A DNA stretch of 64,000 nucleotides. Origin: Haliotis cracherodii (Eukaryota). Below the pieces are notes generated by a model. That model searched no databases. It was not told the origin of the DNA and saw only the letters and a program-made list of their open reading frames with translations. How positions within the stretch are numbered: the stretch's first letter is position 1; each line of letters starts with the position of its first letter. Where the stretch lies: the NCBI RefSeq assembly GCF_022045235.1, contig NW_027266264.1, positions 48,918,001 through 48,982,000 on the forward strand, read 5' to 3'. The translations under genes were made by a program, and so were the position numbers. Positions 62,017-64,000 of this stretch are shown here, one piece after another.

Positions 62017-64000
62017 TGAACATCCAACCTAGGATCTCACTGGGGACCTAATTGCATTTTGCTCTGCATATATTCTACAGGGTCGGATGGGGGTTGTACA
62101 GGGGGACATTTGACAGGCTTCAGTGTTCATCTACATTAGACCATATGTGCCTGTTGATATATTCATGGATGTTTATATGTTTGTAAAAATGTAGAATTTG
62201 TTCATATGCTGCTTTGTCCTGTTTTGCTCAAGAATGTTACATCGTGTATCCATTGCCATGATGGGGAGTGGTAGAGCTACCACAACTGGGGAACAAATGT
62301 TATTTACAGAACAAAATAGGAGTTGTTTATTTGTTATCTTCATTCATGTGTGATAATGTGCACGATGTTATGCTTTGTGAATGTTGTAGTCCAAGATGAA
62401 TCAAAAGCTTTGTATGACAGAAACATTGTGTGCCTCTTGGAATGAGATAGACTTAGAGAAGTAGACGTCCATTATGCACCTTTTCTGGTGTAAATTGCCT
62501 CGGGAGTTCCCACAACTTACATGTGTAAATAATTAGTGCAGCTCTAGACCTCTGCACATGTTTAATCCATCCATCCAACCACTTCAACATCAGAATCACT
62601 TCACTTCATACATACTTCATTTCGGGAGGTATTTGAAGCTTTTTTATTGAGAAAATTATGAAGTGCTCGAATTCCCATTTTTAATATACAATAGTTATTA
62701 AGTTGCAGTTGAAGCTGTATTCAATATCAGAACTCCATTGATAGTAAAGGCTAAAGTTTCATCAGAACATGAATTTGAAACATGCTTCTCTTTATGTAAC
62801 AAGGCAGCAAAGTGGTTGACATTATTGAAATACATTCACATTATTTTTAAATGTTAGTCTTTTTAATGTTATAATATATATAATGTGATATTCATGAAAA
62901 CAATCCATTAGGAGCATTACAAGACACATACAATAACCTACATGTATACATTTGGCATGTTTGGAGACAAAGATCGTTTTGAAGTGATTTCATGAAGTAA
63001 GACTCAGAATTCATAGTTACAAGTGAGAGAGAAACAAGCTTTGTCTTCACTGTATGAATATGGTATTACGATGCAGTCTTTTTGGTACAAAAAGTATTAG
63101 ATAAAGTATTTTTATTCCTATTTATGACATAATTATAATTTTATGAGTTGTGTTTTTAATGGCATAGCAGAAGGGGGATGTACTGTAAATAGCAGTACAT
63201 TGTGAGATGCTCTTTGATGATGATGTCCATACCATACTGTACATATTCGTCTGTGTTGCATAAGAGAGGTTGAGTGTTGCTCAGCGTCCCCTGTTGAAAT
63301 TGGAAGCACAAGTAACTCGGAATAGAAAGTTGCAACCTGTAACCTGCAAAGAAGAGGAATTAGTTTTTAGGCGCAAAAGAAAGCTTTCTTTTTTTTTTCT
63401 TCTTTTATAGTGTGACAAAGATTTTTTCCATCATTCTTTTAATTTGAAAAAGTTTGCATACCCAGATTCATATTTTGTATTTAGGGTGGGTATGGGCTTT
63501 TAAGGGAAATATCTTTTTGACATCTGTATGTGTGCATATGTCAACAGTGCTTGAAAACTATATCAAATTGTCTTTGTGGGCCCAGTATGTACAGGAAATG
63601 CATGAATGTTATGCAAGTTAATTCTTGGTTGTGCATCAATTCACAGTTGTGTATCAATCACTTTAAGCAATGTTATTCATCCTTAGCATTAATCATGTAG
63701 GCAACTATGGCTCAGTCAGAGAGGGGTCTGTTTCTGTTAAGACTTTTTGTTTATGTTTCTTTTTCTCATTACATTAATAATCAACTAGCCACTTCAGGTG
63801 AGGCCTTATCACTAATTCCCAAATCATCCTCTCGGTATAGGCAGATAATTGTCTGGGTACCAATAGTTTCACAAAAACATGCATGCAATGTTAATCAATT
63901 TGCACAGTACAGTTAAAGATTTTGTTTGGAATATGAGTAATTTTGTATTCCTGCTCAAGTATAAAACTTTTAAGGAGGGTTTGCCACCATTTTATCATAT
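62017..64000 (+). other. CHSY1: Probable 3' UTR of CHSY1 (end not defined)
   Basis: U-rich and free of obvious repeats. I saw no canonical AATAAA by eye. Three TGTAHATA motifs. Confidence 0.5.

Overview
Eukaryotic (metazoan) genomic DNA, AT-rich, with one N-gap at 1280-1486. The repeat families look molluscan, possibly gastropod/abalone, but that rests on recalled SINE motifs, not a search. One protein-coding gene fills the window: a chondroitin sulfate synthase 1 (CHSY1-like) gene on the + strand. Coding exon 1 is 3567 (or 3591)-4370 and encodes a TM anchor plus a GT31/Fringe-like domain. One 56,062-bp GT-AG phase-0 intron (4371-60432) follows. Coding exon 2 is 60433-62016 and carries the GT7-like GalNAc-transferase domain. 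The spliced protein is 787-795 aa. The intron holds about 14 minisatellite arrays (about 14 kb), at least three SINE families that share a 3' tail (several with clear target-site duplications, TSDs), Tc2/pogo-type MITEs (one with a nested 8-bp-TSD hAT-like insertion), fold-back elements and long hairpins. I found no support for the other ORFs in the track; the long ones are repeat read-throughs. I found no unambiguous new system. The best leads are: a SINE family with no tRNA head, a recurring 5' boundary and a hairpin/pseudoknot-capable 5' domain; candidate recursive-splice sites at the middle of the giant intron; and several snapshots of minisatellites arising from TSDs, fold-backs and MITEs.
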